A DNA stretch of 64,000 bases, from positions 44,020,001-44,084,000 of the forward strand of contig OX638150.1 in NCBI GenBank assembly GCA_951804945.1. The letters run 5' to 3'. Below, in pieces: positions 61,565 through 64,000 of this stretch (its first letter is position 1; each line of letters starts with the position of its first letter). The position numbers and the translations under genes are program-made. The DNA is from Podarcis cretensis (lineage: Eukaryota). The notes below the pieces were generated by a model. That model did no database searches. It was not told the DNA's origin and saw only the letters and a list, made by a program, of their open reading frames with translations.

Positions 61565-63619
61565 TCATTTGCTCAGGGCTTCTTCGAAGATGATCTCGCC
61601 ATTGGGCTCGGTGGCAGAGGCAGGGTCGTCCACATCGCTATCCGTGGTACCGTCGCTCTCCTTGCCGGAGCTCTCAGCCCCCCGTAGAAAGTGCGTGTTG
61701 TGGGGCGACAGCGGATACAAGACATCCTGCAGGGCACCTACCACCATGGGGCTGGTCAGCAGCTCCTCGTCGGAAGAGTGCAGCGAGTCGTCATCCACTG
61801 CCAGGTGACTCACAATGTGGATGCCGTCAAAGCCCATGGAGTCCTCAAAAGGCTTCTGTCCCTTCATCAGCCGAATCTGCAGGGAGAAGGCGTTAGGGCA
61901 AAGATAGGGGGGGGGGTCCTGCGAACCCTCAGAGTACAACTCCCACTGTCTCTGACCCTTTGGCCATGATGGTTGGGGCTGACAAGAGTGGGGAGCCCCA
62001 ATGTATCCAGAGGGACGCAGGCTCCCCACGACTGCACTGGGACAGCCATGATGGACTTGGCACTCTGCCTAATGGGACCGTTAGATGACATTAACTCTGA
62101 TGCAGAGAAAGAACCCACGGTGGAGAGGACGCCTCACGCAGAACATGCACAAAAAGCTCCTGAAAACAGTGGTGATCCTGTGCTCAGGGAATAAGTTGAA
62201 ATGGAAGCCGCGCCCCAGATCAGAGGGTTATCAAACAACATATACAGTCTCCACCCTGGTTGGAACAGAAGAGCACATTTGTCTGTGTTACATGAACATC
62301 CCATCCCAGGGTTGGCAAGGAATCTGGGCTGTGAAAATGAATAACTTTTGAGAGGGAAGACTTTTCCGCAGGTGTGCGAGAGGCAGAGATGGCTAGCTTT
62401 ACAGCAAGAAAAAGGGGTTGTTGTTTTTTACATCACATAGGCGTGGGGGGTAACTTACTCTGCACCTTCCATCATTACCCTAGTTCTCGCCCACTGAAAT
62501 CTCCTTCCTATGCCCTGGTGAGAGTCTTTGGAGCTCCTTTGCAGTGAGTTCCAACTGGTAGCCAACCACCTGGTTGACTCGCACCTTAAAAGCTGACTTC
62601 TGATCTCTATCAGCTCCTGAGGAAATCAGCAGTTTTGTAAGCCCCAGTCGCTTATGTCTGTTCTCCAGCTGGAGGCCCTGCACAGAAATAGGCAGCTGGG
62701 GAGAAGGAATGGGGACACAGACGGAGGCGTATTTGTATTCTTCGATTGCAAACAATAAATATTAAATCTTCAAAAAGAAAAACAGGCAGCCGTGACTTGA
62801 TGCAGGGTGCTAACGGAGGCCAGCAGAGAAGACACCAGAAGTCACACAACCCCAACCCCTTGGTGGATTCCTCCTCCCTTTCTCCTACTAGTTTGGGCTC
62901 ACCTCTGCCTTGAGCTCATCAATCTGATCCTTGAGTTCACGGATGTACTGGGAGGAGTCGGAGTTGTTGAGCTGGCCCTGAATCATCCCTTCTTCCCTCT
63001 GTGTGGAAGAAAGAAGAGATGGGAATTTACAAGGGTCAGATGCTTGGCAGAGAAGGAAGTGGAGAGAAAGCACATTTGCTGTTTCCTCCTCCCCTTTGTA
63101 TGTATTATTTCACAGACTGCACAAATGAGCAAGCACTTTGTCTACACTATACAAATTTGACACAGTCCATGTGGCTGATTGTTTACATTTTGAAAAAGGG
63201 AATTGGAGAAACAAGACAGTCTGTATTTCATGTACAGAATTCCTTATGTAAACAAAAGTTGAATGCTTGATCTTCAGGTCTCTTAAAAAGAAACACAAAA
63301 CTTGTAAGCTGTGTAAGCAGAACTAAATAAGGGGACCAACACTGGCTACCCCTGGTTTAAACAATGACAAATAAAACATGTTTTTAGCCCCCAGACCTCT
63401 CAGCTAGCTGCAGACACAAAAGGAACAACAGTTCATACAACAAGAAACAAATACTCCTGGGAGGAAAATGCTGCTTTAGGTACAAGGCAGGTTCATTGCT
63501 CCTTATCCTCCTTGCTCCCTAACCTGGATCTCCAGCTCAGCAATCCGCTGCCGCATCTCTGCCACTGCAGCCATGCTGTCGGCTTCTCGCAGGCGCACAG
63601 CCATCACCTCTTCTTTGCT
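61565..63619 (-). CDS. EVI5L: EVI5-like Rab-GAP (TBC/coiled-coil), last three coding exons: 63524-63619, 62903-62998, 61565-61876
   Basis: SKEEVMAVRLREADSMAAVAEMRQRIAELEIQ / REEGMIQGQLNNSDSSQYIRELKDQIDELKAE / IRLMKGQKPFED..DDDSLHSSDEELL..ALQDVLYPLSP..SDGTTDSD matches the EVI5L C-terminus; AG/GT borders, all phase 0. Confidence 0.93.
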
Positions 63620-63924
63620 CTGAAACAGAAAATGCAAGCCAGTGGCAGCAGCCCAGTGGAGTGCAAGCAACGAGGTCAGCCAATGGGGGCGGTGGGCAGT
63701 ACATTGGGGGCTGGGGGGAGGACCACCTGCAGTTTCTTTTGGCAGCTGAAGATCTCACGAGACCCACAATGAGTCACTAAACTACCTGGAATTCCCAGGA
63801 ATACACACAGGACACTGAATAAAATCCAAGACAGCGGCTAAAATCAAAGATGTCAGACATGCAGGAGCCCAGTCTCCTCTTCAGAATAAACAGACAAAAT
63901 CTGGGCTCTCCATGGATGTGTTTA

Positions 63925-64000
63925 GGGACGCAGGTGGCGCTGTAGGTTAAAGCCTCAGCGCCTAGGGCTTGCCGATCGAAAGGTCGGCGGTTCGAATCCC
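63925..64000 (+). mobile_element. Sauria SINE 5' end, cut by the window edge
   Basis: Near-identical to 34960-35035. Confidence 0.9.

Overview
Vertebrate genomic DNA, most likely from a squamate (lizard), judging by four Sauria SINE copies and L2/CR1 LINE remnants. The window holds three protein-coding genes. (1) MAP2K7/MKK7 on the + strand, from the 48-nt cassette exon 2 (4563-4610) to the stop at 22727; exon 1 lies upstream of the window. (2) A complete, intact ~759-aa betaglycan/endoglin-family receptor on the + strand (15 coding exons, 39456-52113), in the syntenic position of TGFBR3L. (3) The last three coding exons and a ~6.5-kb 3'UTR of EVI5L on the - strand. The main finding is the architecture of the TGFBR3L-position gene. 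Unlike the short mammalian TGFBR3L, it keeps a full N-terminal orphan domain. It has lost the two internal ZP-N exons, including the one that carries betaglycan's GAG sites, and it has an unrelated cytoplasmic tail. Its TATA promoter has a cluster of SF-1/NR5A1 sites. MAP2K7 also shows a candidate alternative C-terminal exon, reached through a donor that overlaps the stop codon. All homology calls come from my recall of the human/mouse proteins and from reading splice sites and phases by eye; no searches were run.
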